NCBI RefSeq assembly: GCF_018977255.1
Contig: NW_024704742.1
Location: 128,094,001 to 128,158,000, forward strand
Reading direction: 5' to 3'
Length of the DNA stretch: 64,000 nucleotides
Origin: Callorhinchus milii
Taxonomy: Eukaryota
The position numbers and the translations under genes were made by a program. The first letter of the stretch is position 1, and each line of letters starts with the position of its first letter. Under the pieces are notes generated by a model. It was not told the DNA's origin. It saw only the letters and a list, made by a program, of their open reading frames with translations, and did no database searches. This document shows, piece after piece, positions 1 to 11,676 of the stretch.

Positions 1-488
1 AGGAGCATCTAGGCATAGTGAGGAAAAAACTGGTGATGTGGCACCAGCGCTCACTGACCATCATGGGAAAAATCTGGTGATAAAGTGTGAGGCCCTCTCG
101 GTGTTACTGAATGTGGCCTTTGACCAGAAACAAAGCCACTGCAGTCACCAGAGAGGTCTTCCAACTGATCTGGGGGCCCAAGATGGATCGTGTCTGCAGA
201 GACACGATGCACAAAACCCTGGAAAAGGGGGGGGAAAGGGGTCCTTAACATAGCCCTGATTCTCATGGCCACCTTTTGTGTAGCTGCCTGAGGCTGTGCC
301 TGGAGCCCCGCTACGCTGGCGACAAATGCCACTACGTGCTGGGTTTCTACCTGTACCTGGTGCTAAGAAGGGTGGGTCTGGCAGAGCTGCCTCAAAATGT
401 TCCACACAGTTGGAGCTTGCCGAACCACCTATCCTATGTTAAGAAATTCCTGAAGAACACCATCCCAGACACCCACGCAATCACTGAG
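1..488 (+). mobile_element. Tx1/L1-clade non-LTR retrotransposon ORF2 fragment (region C-terminal to RT), frameshifted
   Basis: Joining frames gives EHLGIVRKKLVMWHQRSLTIMGK/NLVIKCEALSVLLNVA...AVTREVFQLIWGPKMDRVCRDTMHKTLEKGG/KGVLNIALILMATF/CSCLRLCLEPRYAGDKCHYVLGFYL. The WxxRxLxxxGKxLVIK and F/IW...GG pattern is typical of L1/Tx1 ORF2 downstream of the RT core. Confidence 0.75.
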
Positions 489-1244
489 TGATCCACTTCA
501 TCTCCACAAACGGTTTCTCCTCTAGCCTCCGCACTGTCTCATGTGGTGTTCCTCAGGGCTCTGTCCTTGGTCCCCTCCTCTTCAATATCTATATGCTCCC
601 TCTTGGTGACATCGTCCTCAGACATGGGGTCAACTTCCACATGTATGCGGATGACACCCAACTGGACCTCTCTGCCTCCACCCTTGACTCCAGGACCACT
701 GCTGTCCTGATAGAATGTCTATCAGACATCAAATCCTGGATGAGAGCTAACTTTCTTAAGTTGAACTCCAACAAGATTGGTTCCTGTCAGCGCCTCCACA
801 CCTCAGGCGCTGACACATCACCATGCATGGATATACGCTCCACTTACTAAGCCAGTCCAGAACCTTGGCGTCTTTTTTGACCCTGACCTATCCTTTCTAC
901 TACACATCTATGCCATGATCCGCTCTGCCTTCCCCCACCTCCACAACATTGCCCGTCTCACACGGCAGGCCGCCGAAACCCTCATTCACACATTCATAAC
1001 ATCCAGGCTTGACTATGCAACCTCCTTGATTGTTGACCTCCCCATCTCCTCTCTCCACAGGCTGCAGATCATCCAGAACTTTGCAGCTCATTTCCTCTCC
1101 CTCACCAGGCTCCGTGAACTTATCACTTGCAGCCTCGCCCGACTTCACTGGGTTCCCATCACACAGAAGATACAGTTCAAGATCCTGGTTCTCACATTCA
1201 AAGCCCTCCATGGCCTTGCTCCTCCCTCCCTCTGCGACCCCTGA
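489..1244 (+). mobile_element. L2 LINE RT fragment (subfamily 1), decayed
   Basis: [46 protein letters not shown] and LHWVPI..KI.FKIL motifs across frameshifts. Confidence 0.93.
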
Positions 1245-1312
1245 AAAAATATTATCATTCTCTATTAATTTATTATTAATCCCCTTACTTATTAATTCCT
1301 TATTGATTCCCT

Positions 1313-1402
1313 GCACTTTACAATATATCCTGTAAAGCGTTTGAGACGTCTCAAAGACGTGATAAGGTGCTATATCAAATGTAAGGATTATTATTATTAT
1401 TA
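1313..1402 (+). mobile_element. SINE 3' tail fragment (L2-related tail, (TTA)n end); many similar isolated tails occur elsewhere, e.g. near 5.3k, 9.6k, 16.2k, 20.6-20.9k, 22.0-22.4k, 24.9k, 25.7k, 29.5k, 31.1k, 43.4k, 44.4k, 48.9k, 52.3k, 58.7-59.3k and 60.8k
   Basis: cactttacaata..ctgtaaagcgtttgagacgtc..gataaggtgctatatcaaatgtaaggattattatt matches the 3' end of the full-length SINEs in this window. Confidence 0.85.
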
Positions 1403-1766
1403 CTTCTCAAATATTACCCATCCCCTTTTTAAACATTTCAATTGTTTCTGCATCTCCAGCCTTCTGGAGTTATTTGTTCAATATGAATTTATAGCGAAGC
1501 TTATATGAACCAAAATTTCTCTGCCGTTTTGGCAAGCTTTCAAGTTGCCGCCGGCATTTTGGCACAAAAGTTCCGTGCGGGAGAGCGTGGATGGCCACAA
1601 CCTGCTGATAGTTAAACAGTACTATTCAGCCCTGCAGAAACAACAGTCATAAATTTCAGTAAATGCCTACAATTATATTTTGATTCATGTCATGAGGGTA
1701 GGACGTGGGAATCCTTGTGGTGGCTTGAATAACCAAAGAATTGAGAGAATATCATTTGCAGAACAA

Positions 1767-1835
1767 TAGCATAATGGTTAGCACCTCGCAAATGAGAGGT
1801 TCCGGGTTTGATTCCCAGGCAGGGCGAAACCTCAG
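1767..1835 (+). mobile_element. isolated tRNA-derived SINE head
   Basis: tagcataatggttagc..ctcgcaa..gggtttgattcccaggcagggcgaaacct matches the SINE head at 39046 and contains degenerate A and B boxes. Confidence 0.7.
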
Positions 1836-1839
1836 ATAA

Positions 1840-2787
1840 GTTTGGAAGGCAGTGAGGAAGGCAGTTCCAGAGCCTTGGGGCATAGTGGCTGAAGGCACGG
1901 CCACAGAGGGTGGAGAGGAAGACTCGGGGGATGAGGAGGAGGCCAGACCAGGAGGAACGAAGGCAACGGGTACTGTTTTGAGGAGAGAGGAGGTCAGAGA
2001 GGTAGGGAGGTGCAGAGGAGTGCAGGGACCTGAATACAAAGGTGAGGATCTTCAAATTGATCCTCTCTGGGATAGGCAGCCAGTGCAGGCTGGCAAGGAT
2101 TGGGGTAATCAGGGAGCGAAGGTGCTTGCGGGTGAGAATGCAGGCGGCAGAGTTTTGAATGATTTGGATTTTATGGATGGTAGTGGATGGGAGACCGGCG
2201 AGGAGGGCGTTAGAGTAGTCCAGCCGAGAGGCGACAAAGGCATGGACCAAGGTTTCAGCGGCTTTTGGGGAGAGGTATTGGCGGAGACTAGTGATGCGTC
2301 GGAGGTGGAAGAAAGCTGTGCGGGTGAGGGACTGGATGTGGGAGAGGAAGGATAATTGGGGGTCGAACCTGACGCCTAGGTTGCGTTACGGGTTCAGAGA
2401 GTTTTAGGGGGGAGGTCGAGTAGGTGGAGGAGGTGAGAGCTATGGGTTTTTAGATGTTGACGAGAGCCAAAGAGTATGGCTTCCGTCTTGTCAACGTTCA
2501 GCTGAAGGAAGTTTGCGCTCATCCAGCCCCTGAGATCTGACAGGCAGGCTGAGAGAACATCAGGGGACTGGGGGTGGCAAAGAGAGGTGGAAAAATAGAG
2601 TTGGGTGTCATCTGCATACATGTGGAAATGTATCCCATGTCTGCGGATGACATCCCCAAGAGGGAGCATGTAGATCAGAAAGAGGAGGGGGCCAAGGATG
2701 GATCCTTGGGGTACCCCGCAGCTTACTGGGTGAGAGCGGGAGGAGAAGCCGTTTGTGCAGATGTGCTGCTGGTGGTTTGTGAGGTAG
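1840..2787 (-). mobile_element. L2 LINE RT/C-terminal fragment (subfamily 2)
   Basis: Minus ORFs: [27 protein letters not shown]...[15 protein letters not shown] and VHAFVASRLDYSNALLAGLP...LHWLPIPERI...RAFSHYAPRLWNCLP. Confidence 0.95.
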
Positions 2788-3789
2788 GAAATTCAGTCTT
2801 TCTTTGAAAGTAATTTGACCATAAATGTTAGAAGGTTTCCAAATTAACATTGATTTAATCAATTTTACATTATTCAGCAAGACTTTACATTTTAAAACAA
2901 AATGGTCTTAAAGATGAAATTTAGTGTATTTTGGGGTAATTTGCAATCCACCAGTCAAGTCAGGAATCATGTCTCAATAGTCTGTAAATATTTGGTTATC
3001 ACTATTTGCTCCCTTCAGTCAGAGATGGGAGTCATTTTGTGAATGAAGTCAAATTGGACCAGTTCAGCTTGTTTTGGATTTGGATAATTAAGTCTTCCTA
3101 CCAGCCATTTCACATAGAAGTATAGGGGTTGGAAGAGATTGGCAAGGCTTTACTCTGTTTGCTTATTATCCTGACTAAAAGACATGGGCACAGAATATGT
3201 TACCTAATATTGAAAGGGGCAGATAATGATAGATGGGTAGGAATGTATTACATAGGGAATAATAGGTAGGTGGGAATGAGTGACATGGCTGTGATTCACA
3301 GAAAAAAAGGTTCAGATAATTCAATAAACCACAAAAGCAAATCTCAGTGGTTTGTGAAATTAAATTATAGCCACTTACTCCCTCCCATATAATTGCTATT
3401 TTGTGCAATAACTGCATTAGCAGTATTGTTTAAGGAAATCATTTTCTTGCTGTTATATGGTAGGCAGGCTGAGGTTGGTTGCAAGATCAAAGTAGTGAGG
3501 AGTAAGAAAAAAGGAAATTACATCTGATTATGGTGTTTGACCTGAAGGAGAGCACCATCAAGTGACAGTTAATGTACCATTACAAGGTCTCTCATTCAGA
3601 AATTTACTTTCACCACATTTACCACCAGAGTAGACAGTGACCGTAAGAAGACTGTGACACCATATACTATACAAAGTGCATTTTGGCACATTTAAAAAAA
3701 TATTTTGTACTTCCATTAGAAGATGGGTAATGGAAGAAGTGGCAGCAGGTTTAATATTACCAGAACAAGTAAACGGATACATTAAATAC

Positions 3790-4333
3790 TAGCCTGGCTC
3801 AGTTGGTAGCACTGTAGCTTCTGAGTCACAAGGTGGTGGGTTCAAGCCGCAATTCAGAACTTTGATCTCACGTAGTCTAGGCCAGTGTGGTACAACTGGC
3901 AACCCAGGGGCCTTATCTGGCCTGCAGGCCGATTTTATCTGGCCCACCCCACTCCTTCAATTTCATCTGGCCCACCTGCTCCCTCGATAATCCGTAAATG
4001 TTATGTTTCTGGAAGGGAAGCACAAAAATATTACTTCAGCGGCCCGTGGACATTTCCCAAATAGGGCATCTGGCCCTCAGCAGCCAAAAGGTTGGACTAA
4101 TCTTCCCAGGTGGATGTTACAAACAGTTCTATGGCATTCCTCAAAGAGACAAGAGCTTCTCCTGGTGTCCTAACCAACAATCCCCCAGATAAAACTGATC
4201 ATTTACTTCATGTGCAAATTATCTGTTGCGTTTTCCTACAAAATACATAGTCACTACATTTTAAGGTAAATTACGTGAACAACTTTGCAACATCTTCTCA
4301 ATGTGAAAGGGGCTACACTAAATGCAAAGATTA
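3790..4333 (+). mobile_element. DeuSINE (tRNA-like head, Deu domain, L2-type tail) interrupted by a hAT-type MITE
   Basis: Head agcctggctcagttggtagcact..ctgagtca..gggttcaagcc; resumes near 4105 with caggtggatgtta..atggca..ctcctggtgtcct and the tail. Confidence 0.8.
3883..4103. mobile_element. non-autonomous hAT (Charlie-like) MITE
   Basis: Begins CAGTGTGGTACAACT immediately after GTCTAGGC, has repeated subterminal (A)TCTGGCCC/GGCCC motifs, and ends ...GGCCCTC..AAAAGGTTGGAC. The right TIR and TSD are eroded. Confidence 0.6.
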
Positions 4334-4899
4334 AGAGCTATTTAATGACCAAAATACAAGTTTGCCTCCTGATTCTAATGGCAAATTTTGCAGTTTTCAT
4401 TACTTCTTTCTAAGCTCCATCACTTCACAGGTAATGCAATGTTGTATAAACATTGGGACGTAGAGCAGATGTCCTGTGAGAGAAAAATAAACCTTTCATT
4501 TTTGTATCAGCGGTTGAATAGAAATACAGCAGCTTTAAAATTTCTTTGCATGAGAAAAGTGTGTCTTTCACATGGCATTAATTAATGCAATTTAGATGTT
4601 AACCGATCAAATTAGTCATATAATAGTCAAGACTTCAAGGTCTCATGAAAAGCAACTGATACAGATATATTCTTCTGTAGGCTTGATTTACGTAGCTTTT
4701 CACAGTTCTACTCTATTTGCTAAAGAAGTGAAGAGCTTCACAATGAATATTGAAGCTGCTTGTGTTCATCTATGGCAATTAGTTAAGTAGGTGCAAAGTA
4801 CTTCCTAATACTGTACATGCACGTTCAGGCATACTAACAACGATGGAAAGTCATTTTGACTGACGTGCTATATTATCCGAGGGAAGCGGTGGTAAAGAG

Positions 4900-5220
4900 A
4901 GGGTAACAGCAACTACTGTATTTATATAGTGCCCTTCACATGGGAAATGCCTTGGAATGCTTCACATGACAGCAAATATTGAATATCAAAATATAATATT
5001 TTGAATATCACATATTATATATCACTGAAAGTCAAAGGATTTTCTTATTTACAAATTGTACAGTTACACTTGCCTGACAGGCTGGACACTAAATAAGGCA
5101 GAAGGGGGAGGGTGATCAAAGGGGTAGATTTTAAAGGTGGGATTTAAAGATAGATGGGGTGGGGATAAGGAGAGAAGGTAAGAGGGGTAAGTGGGAATAG
5201 CGTCTTCAAGGTCAGCACCT
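4900..5220 (-). mobile_element. old L2 3' end fragment
   Basis: aacagcaactactgtatttatatagtgcccttcac tail followed by purine-rich, L2 3'-like sequence. Confidence 0.5.
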
Positions 5221-6004
5221 GGAGGACAGCAAAACTATGGTGGCTTGATGACTTCAACCTGATACTGCTTCTTTCTTACCATTTTCAATGGACAAAACAC
5301 ACAATTACTACACTTTGCAGTAAATCCTGTGACGGTCTTTGAGACGTCTTCCCGATGTCAAAGATGCTGTATGAAATGCAAGGATTATCATTCTTCTGTC
5401 TCCAGAGTTCTGCTTTTCTCTGGAGGCAAAATGTAACATAAAACTAGCACATCCCAGAGCAGTCTAGACAAAACCCAATCCCCAGAACAGGGGGATCCAA
5501 GTATCCCAGACTGAAGTAATGAGGTCTAACAAATACTGAGGGTTTGGAAAAGCAGTGGCCAGTATTGAGAGTCCTGAAACCAGCCTCAGGAAAGCAACTT
5601 TATGTATTTAAATGTTCTGGACACCCAGGTTTTTTTTAATGTCCACCTTGAAAGGTTTTGAAATAATGGTGTGTAAACACTAAAAATATATATGTTTTGT
5701 ATGACCCTCGTTCCAACACTGCTACAATTTTATCCTACCTTTGACCTAGGATGTACAACGGTCAAATTAATCTGGTTTCTCCTCCCATTCATTTTTAAAA
5801 TTTGTATTTATTGAACAAATAAATATTTACTACAGTACCGTTGCTGTTTTTGAAATAGTCCATGAACTTTGTCAATGGACTTTTCATGTTTGACATGGCT
5901 TGGTTATTGTGGTGACCAAAATGGGCATCAAAGTGATAAGTAACCAGGTGTATGGTTAGGATTTTAATGGTAATAGTAATACTTGTTGCATTCGATGTAG
6001 CATT

Positions 6005-6236
6005 TTCCAGCAGTACCCCAACGTACACTCTGGGGTCCCCAAGTCTTGGCTCTTGCCAAACTATACCAAATACTTTCTGGAATTAGGTAAGCAGGATGTG
6101 ACCCTCCGGGGAGAGAGTGCACATTCCATTCCAACAATCTCTCTCTGGAATTTCCACGTGTTGGTTTGATGCATGAAATTCTCAGTTTGGTTTGGGTGTC
6201 CGCATGTGTGGGAGACCTGGCTGACCACCAAAAAAA
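6005..6236 (+). repeat. unclassified A-tailed interspersed repeat 'X', 3' part
   Basis: aatactttctggaattaggtaagcagg..gagagtgcacattccattccaacaat..ctcagtttggtttgg..ggctgacc(A)n recurs at 6320-6767, 9304-9489, 22487-22640, 29010-29085, 34780-35140 and 40921-41090. Confidence 0.85.
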
Positions 6237-6319
6237 TTTGTCGTTGAAATGTCTCAAAGCACATCACAGATTCACCTGAAAGTTTAGTAACTGTATTTGT
6301 AGATGAATGTAACAGCAAA

Positions 6320-6767
6320 TTTTTTTTTCTCAGATGGGTATCCGACACATGCGGAAACCAATCACTATGCTTAAGAGTATCCAAATTAAACTGAGAATTC
6401 CATACACCCACCTATACGTGGAAAATTTGTGTATTGGAATGGAATGCAAATTCTCTCCCTGGAGAGATACTTTCTGCTTACCCAATACCGGACAATATTA
6501 GATAAGCAGGAAGCTAGCCCTCTAAAACCGTACAGATTGCCATTGAATACACAGGCAAGCTTTCCCGCTGCTTGTCCAGCCAGGACTATCCTATCTTTCA
6601 GGGCTTTGGGTTGCGGGGTTGCAGACTTGCCTGACACAGGAACCAGATCACCGAGACCGCCACAGAGGTTTGGCTTGATTCTGATATTCTGTTCCCAAAC
6701 ACGTCACCTTCAGAGCCAGTTCAACTCCGAGGAGACTCAGTTTACCTCCTCGCCAAGGAGGAGAGAG
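6320..6767 (-). repeat. repeat X, longer copy, inserted into a minus-strand DeuSINE (SINE pieces about 6238-6319 and 6768-6865)
   Basis: Poly-T at 6320-6328; homologous to the other X copies; the flanking SINE halves are colinear with the SINE consensus. Confidence 0.75.
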
Positions 6768-6929
6768 GCAATTTGCACACAGCAATGTTCCACAAGCATC
6801 CAGGAAACAAATGACCAATTTTATCTGGGAGATTGGTGGCCAGCACACCGTGAGAAACTCCTAATGGAATGTTGGAATGTCCTGCATTATCGCCCTCAAT
6901 TCCCAGCAACGCTCTTCTAATCCATTGAT

Positions 6930-7035
6930 TTGTGGTGGCTCAGTGAGGACCTACTCAGCTCCTGGAAACCCTGTAAGCCCAAGCACTAATGGATAGGTTG
7001 GACCTCACTGGACAAGCAGTGGGAAGCTTGCCAGA
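6930..7035 (+). repeat. repeat X, middle part
   Basis: actcagctcctg..ccaagcactaa..ggacaagcagtgggaagcttgcc matches 34785-34862 and the minus copy at 6550-6610. Confidence 0.65.
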
Positions 7036-7944
7036 CATTTATAGTGGTGATAAATAGATTGCAATTCATTCCTAAGTATTTTTTAATGTATATGTATATA
7101 AATAAATAAAGGACAGCTGGTACTTGAGAATGAGCTACAGTGCTGAAATCCAACTGAATGTTTGAGGTGATCCTGTAAACCACAGCCGTGGCAAGCTTTT
7201 GTGAGCCGCATCTGACAAGCTCTGTGAATGTATGAAAGTTTTGAAATTCACCCCTGTTATATCTCTTATCCTTTGTTTGTTCTGATGTGTAATGAATACT
7301 GTATATAAGTTACTTGGGCAAGAAATTCAAATGTGAGGCTGATTATGGAGTGAGAATTGGGACGTCCTCCCCACGTGAAAGGCACTGCACAAATGTAATT
7401 TTGTTGTTCCTGAGAGCGTCTGAGTGCAGTTGTTATGTCCTGCTATTTGATTATTTCTTCCCTGTCAGCTTCAGAAAGCGGAATAGATGTACTTGCAGTT
7501 CCAGTAATTGTGTGAAATCTTCGATGGGTGGGTCAGGCAGTCCAGCTTTAATAACAGTTTCTGCCTTTGTTGGATGGAATTGGCAGTATCTTCTTCCCAT
7601 CCATTTCAAAGCATCTGGATAACAGATTGCTTTATTACAATGGTGGAGGAGCTCACTAACTCCTACAATTTATATTTATTTCTCGCCACCCTCATTTAAT
7701 ATATCATTCTGACAATTGCTTATTCATACCAATATTAATTGCACAAATTATAAATTATATGCAGATAGAATCAGCATATTAACAGCCCATACATTACAAT
7801 CATTCTGAGATCTTTGGCATATTTCTCGCTCACTTAATTCTGAATAAAAGTCCTGAGTGGAATCTCTACCTTAACTGTTTGTGGCACCATTTCTCAGCTT
7901 CACGCTGTGGCTTTCACTCGCATTGTTCATTGAACGTCTCGGTT

Positions 7945-8570
7945 GCATTGGAGTCACTCTTGCTCTGCAGCGACATGCCTGATGAAGGGAGAGCAGGGCT
8001 GAATCAAATCTCTGTGGTGGACTGTGTGATTCAGTACCTGAGCCAGGCAGATCCACTGTACTCCAGGGACTGATAATAATCATTGCGTTTGATACAGTAC
8101 CTTATCGTGACTTTGAAATGTCTCAAAGTGCTTCACAGAATATGCTGTAAAGTGAATTGACTGTATATTTTGTGGGCAAAATACGGCAGCCAATTGGGCA
8201 CAACAGTGATCAAATTATTATGTTCACCCTGCCTGAGAATCAAACCCAGATCCTCTCGCTTCCTAGGCGAGTCTCTAACCAATACGCTACAGGATTCCAC
8301 TGCTCCACTGATGATGCCTGACTTAACAATGGGACTTAGAGAGGTAAACATGTCTGTGGGGATATAATTCTTTCCACTCAGTTGCCAATAAGCCAATCTC
8401 TTAAAGCGTCTTGTGTCCGAATGGGACAAACAGTGGGAAGCTTACTGGTGCCTCTTACTGCTAGACTATACATGTTAGCTGGTTCAATTCCAGCAGTATC
8501 ACATTGTGTATGTTGGGGATCCTTTATGCCTTGGATTCTGTCAACCTGCCTGGACCCAAATTCCCCAGGC
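7945..8570 (+). repeat. repeat X, 5' and middle part, split by a SINE at 8072-8300
   Basis: 7945-8070 aligns in inverted orientation to 6615-6735; ggacaaacagtgggaagctt..ttagctggttcaattccagcagta near 8425-8500 aligns to 34840-34912. Confidence 0.6.
8072..8300 (-). mobile_element. tRNA-headed SINE, internally deleted
   Basis: Reverse of gtggaatcctgtagcgtattggttagag..gggtttgattc head joined directly to the 3' module and (TTA)n. Confidence 0.85.
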
Positions 8571-8675
8571 ACCTCTTGATTAATTTTCCTCGTCTCCCCG
8601 AGGGACATTGCATACTCCAGAACTGTCAAAGGAAAGCTCTGTTCTTGTGAATTCTTAATATAGTAGAATGCCATA

Positions 8676-9062
8676 TAACAACAACAACAAAATTACAGTT
8701 ATACAGCGCCTTTCAGGTCGGGAGGACATCCCAAAGCGCTGAACAGTCAGGTGTTGGGGCCTGAGCATGGGGGAGGGGTGCTGTAGGGGTGAGGGAAAGC
8801 AGAGAGCTGGGAGGGCGACCAAAGGCACGATTGAAGAGAAGGGTCTTGAGACCGGCCTTGAAGGAGGCAAAGGAGGAAGCGAGGTGAAGGGACTGTGGGA
8901 TGGAGTTCCAGAGTGTGGGGGCAGAGAGGCTGAAAGCCCGGCCACTAATGATAGGACGGGTCGGGCGGGAGGCCTGGACCAGACCGGAGCCCGCTGAATG
9001 GAGGGAGCGGGCAGGTTGGTAGGGAGTCAGCAGGTCAGAGAGGTAGGAGGGGGCAAGGCCAT
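8676..9062 (-). mobile_element. L2 LINE 3' end (subfamily 1) with (TTG)n tail
   Basis: Closely similar to 32163-32545; caacaacaac tail and cgcctttcaggtcgggaggacatcccaaagcgctg stem region. Confidence 0.88.
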
Positions 9063-9303
9063 AACGTTGTATAACGTTATATGGAGGCTAATCGACAAAT
9101 CCTCTTATCTGCATGAGGATTCCAAAGCAGAAGTCAAATTGCGCTGTGATATCAGCAAAAGTTTAGTTTTGCACACGTGATGTGACCAGGTCTGTGATTT
9201 TTCCTGAACAGCGTGAGGTGAAGAGATCTGATACAGAATTAGGAAAACAGGATTAGGAACAACACAGAGAGACAGTTAGAGAGGCATACATGACCTGCAC
9301 CTA

Positions 9304-9489
9304 TTACTTCCCAGAATTAGGTAAACAGGATGCATCCCTCAAGAGAGAGAGTGCCCATTCCATTCCAACAATCTATCTGTGGAATTTCCATGTGTAGGTG
9401 GGATGTATGGAAATCTCAGTTTGGTTTGGATACTGTTATGCACAGTGATGGGTTTCCGCAAGAGGCAGACACCCGGCTGATCAAAAAAA
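9304..9489 (+). repeat. repeat X, 3' part
   Basis: tacttcccagaattaggtaaacagg...cagacacccggctgatcaaaaaaa. Confidence 0.85.
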
Positions 9490-9674
9490 TTAGAGTGACA
9501 GATCACGCAAACTAATACACTGTTTTCATATCCAATAAATTTAGTACATTTATTATATTTATTAATAAACATCTGGTGTTTATTACAATTCGCACACAAA
9601 ATATACAATCAATTCACTTTACAGTATATTCTGTGAAGCACTTTGAGAGGTCTCAAAGATGTGATAAGACGCTA

Positions 9675-9926
9675 TAATAATAATAATAATAATAATAATC
9701 CTTGCATTTGATATAGCGCTTTTCACGTCGGGAGCACGTCCCAAAGCGCTTTACAGAACACACTGTAAAGTGAATTGACTGTATATTTGTGGGCGAACGC
9801 GGCAGCCAATTGCGCACAGCAATGTCCCACAAACAGTCGTAGATTGAAAATGACCAATTTATTATTGTTTTTGGTTTTGGAGGGATTATTATTAGGCGTG
9901 TGGAGTAAGGAAACTTGCCCAAGGTT
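9675..9926 (-). mobile_element. young tRNA-SINE (short subfamily), 5'-truncated, inserted tail-to-tail into an older + strand SINE tail
   Basis: Nearly identical to 50461-50715 and 39125-39367; the host tail gctata|...|acaaggattatt is split around it. Confidence 0.92.
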
Positions 9927-11249
9927 ACAAGGATTATTATTAGTAGTAGTAATACGGATATTAAGCTCTCTATTGTAACTAAACCTGGGGACGTTTAAGC
10001 ACAGCAAAGATGTTTCCGTTACCCTGGGTGCAGGACGCTATATAAGTGCAAGTTGTTGTTGAATTATCTTAAAATAACCATGAACATCGCTCTGCAGATT
10101 CACAGGTCATAAAAAGTTGCATCAAGGTGCAACCTGTATCTCTGAGTCTAAATATCATCTGGATATGCCCAGGATCAGAATGTCCTACATTGTGTTAATT
10201 AGAACATCACACACATATTTTACCCCTTCTGTTTCCATACACAATTTTTTTTGTTGCATGTTTCATCTTTTCCTTTTCAAGGCATAGGAACAGGCCAATC
10301 GACCCAACTAGTCCGTGCTGGTGTTTGTACTGCACAGGAGCTCCCACACTTCATACTCCACTAACCCATAGCCCTCTATTCTCTTCTCCCTCTTGAATGC
10401 ATAAAATTTCCTCTTTAAATAGGCTGATTTTTTTTTGCTTTAGCTGTAGGATCATTGATGACATGATCAAACATGATGACCCATTATCTAATTGCCAGAT
10501 GGACACAGAACTGACATGTAATGATACAATAAACACACCTGAGCTGTAACACTTTGGGGGATATAAAAGCAAATTGTCTGCTTCTTACATTGCTCGGGAA
10601 AGGCATTACTGTATTACACCATCACAGACAGTACATTTGTCCGCACATGTTACTTGTTGCATAGTGTTGCCAAAAATAGAGGTAACAGGATGTCCATTAA
10701 TGGCAACTCTAAGTCATAGAATTACATAAAAATCCATAGATTTGGTATAGAACCTTTCACATCGGGAGGACGTCCTAAAGCGCTTCGCAGGATAGACTGT
10801 GTGGAGTTTGTTGGTGATCGCATAGAATGTCACATCACGCAAACAGGTCCAATTAGGCCGTGCCGAAGTTATACTCCACCCCTAATTCTCCCTTCTCCCT
10901 CACGTATGCAGCACACGTCGACACACAAGGTAAAGTACCAGTGACCAGCAGGTTGAAGATGCAGCAGATTGTCAGGCAAACACGCTTGGAGGTTTGAAGC
11001 AATTCCTGAATTCTTTCTCTGTTATGAGCTGACATTTCATTTCACAATTCACTTATTTCTTTTACCTGTGCAGATGAGTAATTAACTTATGACAGCCCAT
11101 TTATCTATTCCAGGGAAAGAAAAACATTTGCAACAATATTTAGTGTTAAATGAAATGTGATTTATTTAGCATGCTCAGATTTTCATTGCCCCAAATGTAA
11201 GATGAAGCTTGGTGAAATATTGCTGCTCTTAACTTCTAATGCTCGTTTT

Positions 11250-11676
11250 ATTTTATAAAGTGCCTTATCATGTTTTTGAGACACCTCAAAGCACTTCACA
11301 GGATTTTACTGTGAAGGGTGGTGACTGTGTATTTTGCAGGCAAATGTGGCAGCTAAATTGTGCACAGAAGGTTCCACAAGCAGCCGTGAAGTGAAAGACC
11401 AATTTTATCAGAGTTATTGTTGGTCAGAACACTGGAGAAACTCCCTTGTCTTTTTGAATAGTGCCATGGGATTTTTAACATCCACCTGAACAGGCAGAGG
11501 AGGTCCTTGGTTTAACATTTCCTCCAACAATGCACTCAACAACATTACACAGCAACACAGGAGTGTCAACCTAGAAAGTGAGCTCAAAGTTCCAATGTGG
11601 GGGGGGGGGGGGGAGCGTGAAAGCACAACCTTCTAACGCAGAGATGAGAGTGCTACCAACTGAGCCAGGATGACAC
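11250..11676 (-). mobile_element. DeuSINE
   Basis: Reverse of head (gtgtcatcctggctcagttggtagcact), Deu domain (aaatgttaaaccaagg..ctgcctgttcaggtggatgttaaaaatcccatggcactattc) and tail. Confidence 0.88.

Noticed and set aside
1852..2355. Long Gly/Glu-rich ORFs (also 39751-40230, 62860-63126 and 900-1316)
   Set aside because: Antisense frames of pyrimidine-rich L2 ORF2.
7975..8010. CTGATGA as another hammerhead core (also near 31187)
   Set aside because: No pairing stem II or properly placed GAAA/stem I.
6615..8070. Inverted pair 6615-6735 / 7945-8070 as TIRs of one DNA transposon
   Set aside because: Both arms are internal parts of independent repeat X copies.
8378..8674. 98-aa minus ORF with an acceptor-like ctttgacAG
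   Set aside because: Most of it is the antisense of repeat X, and no protein is recognised.
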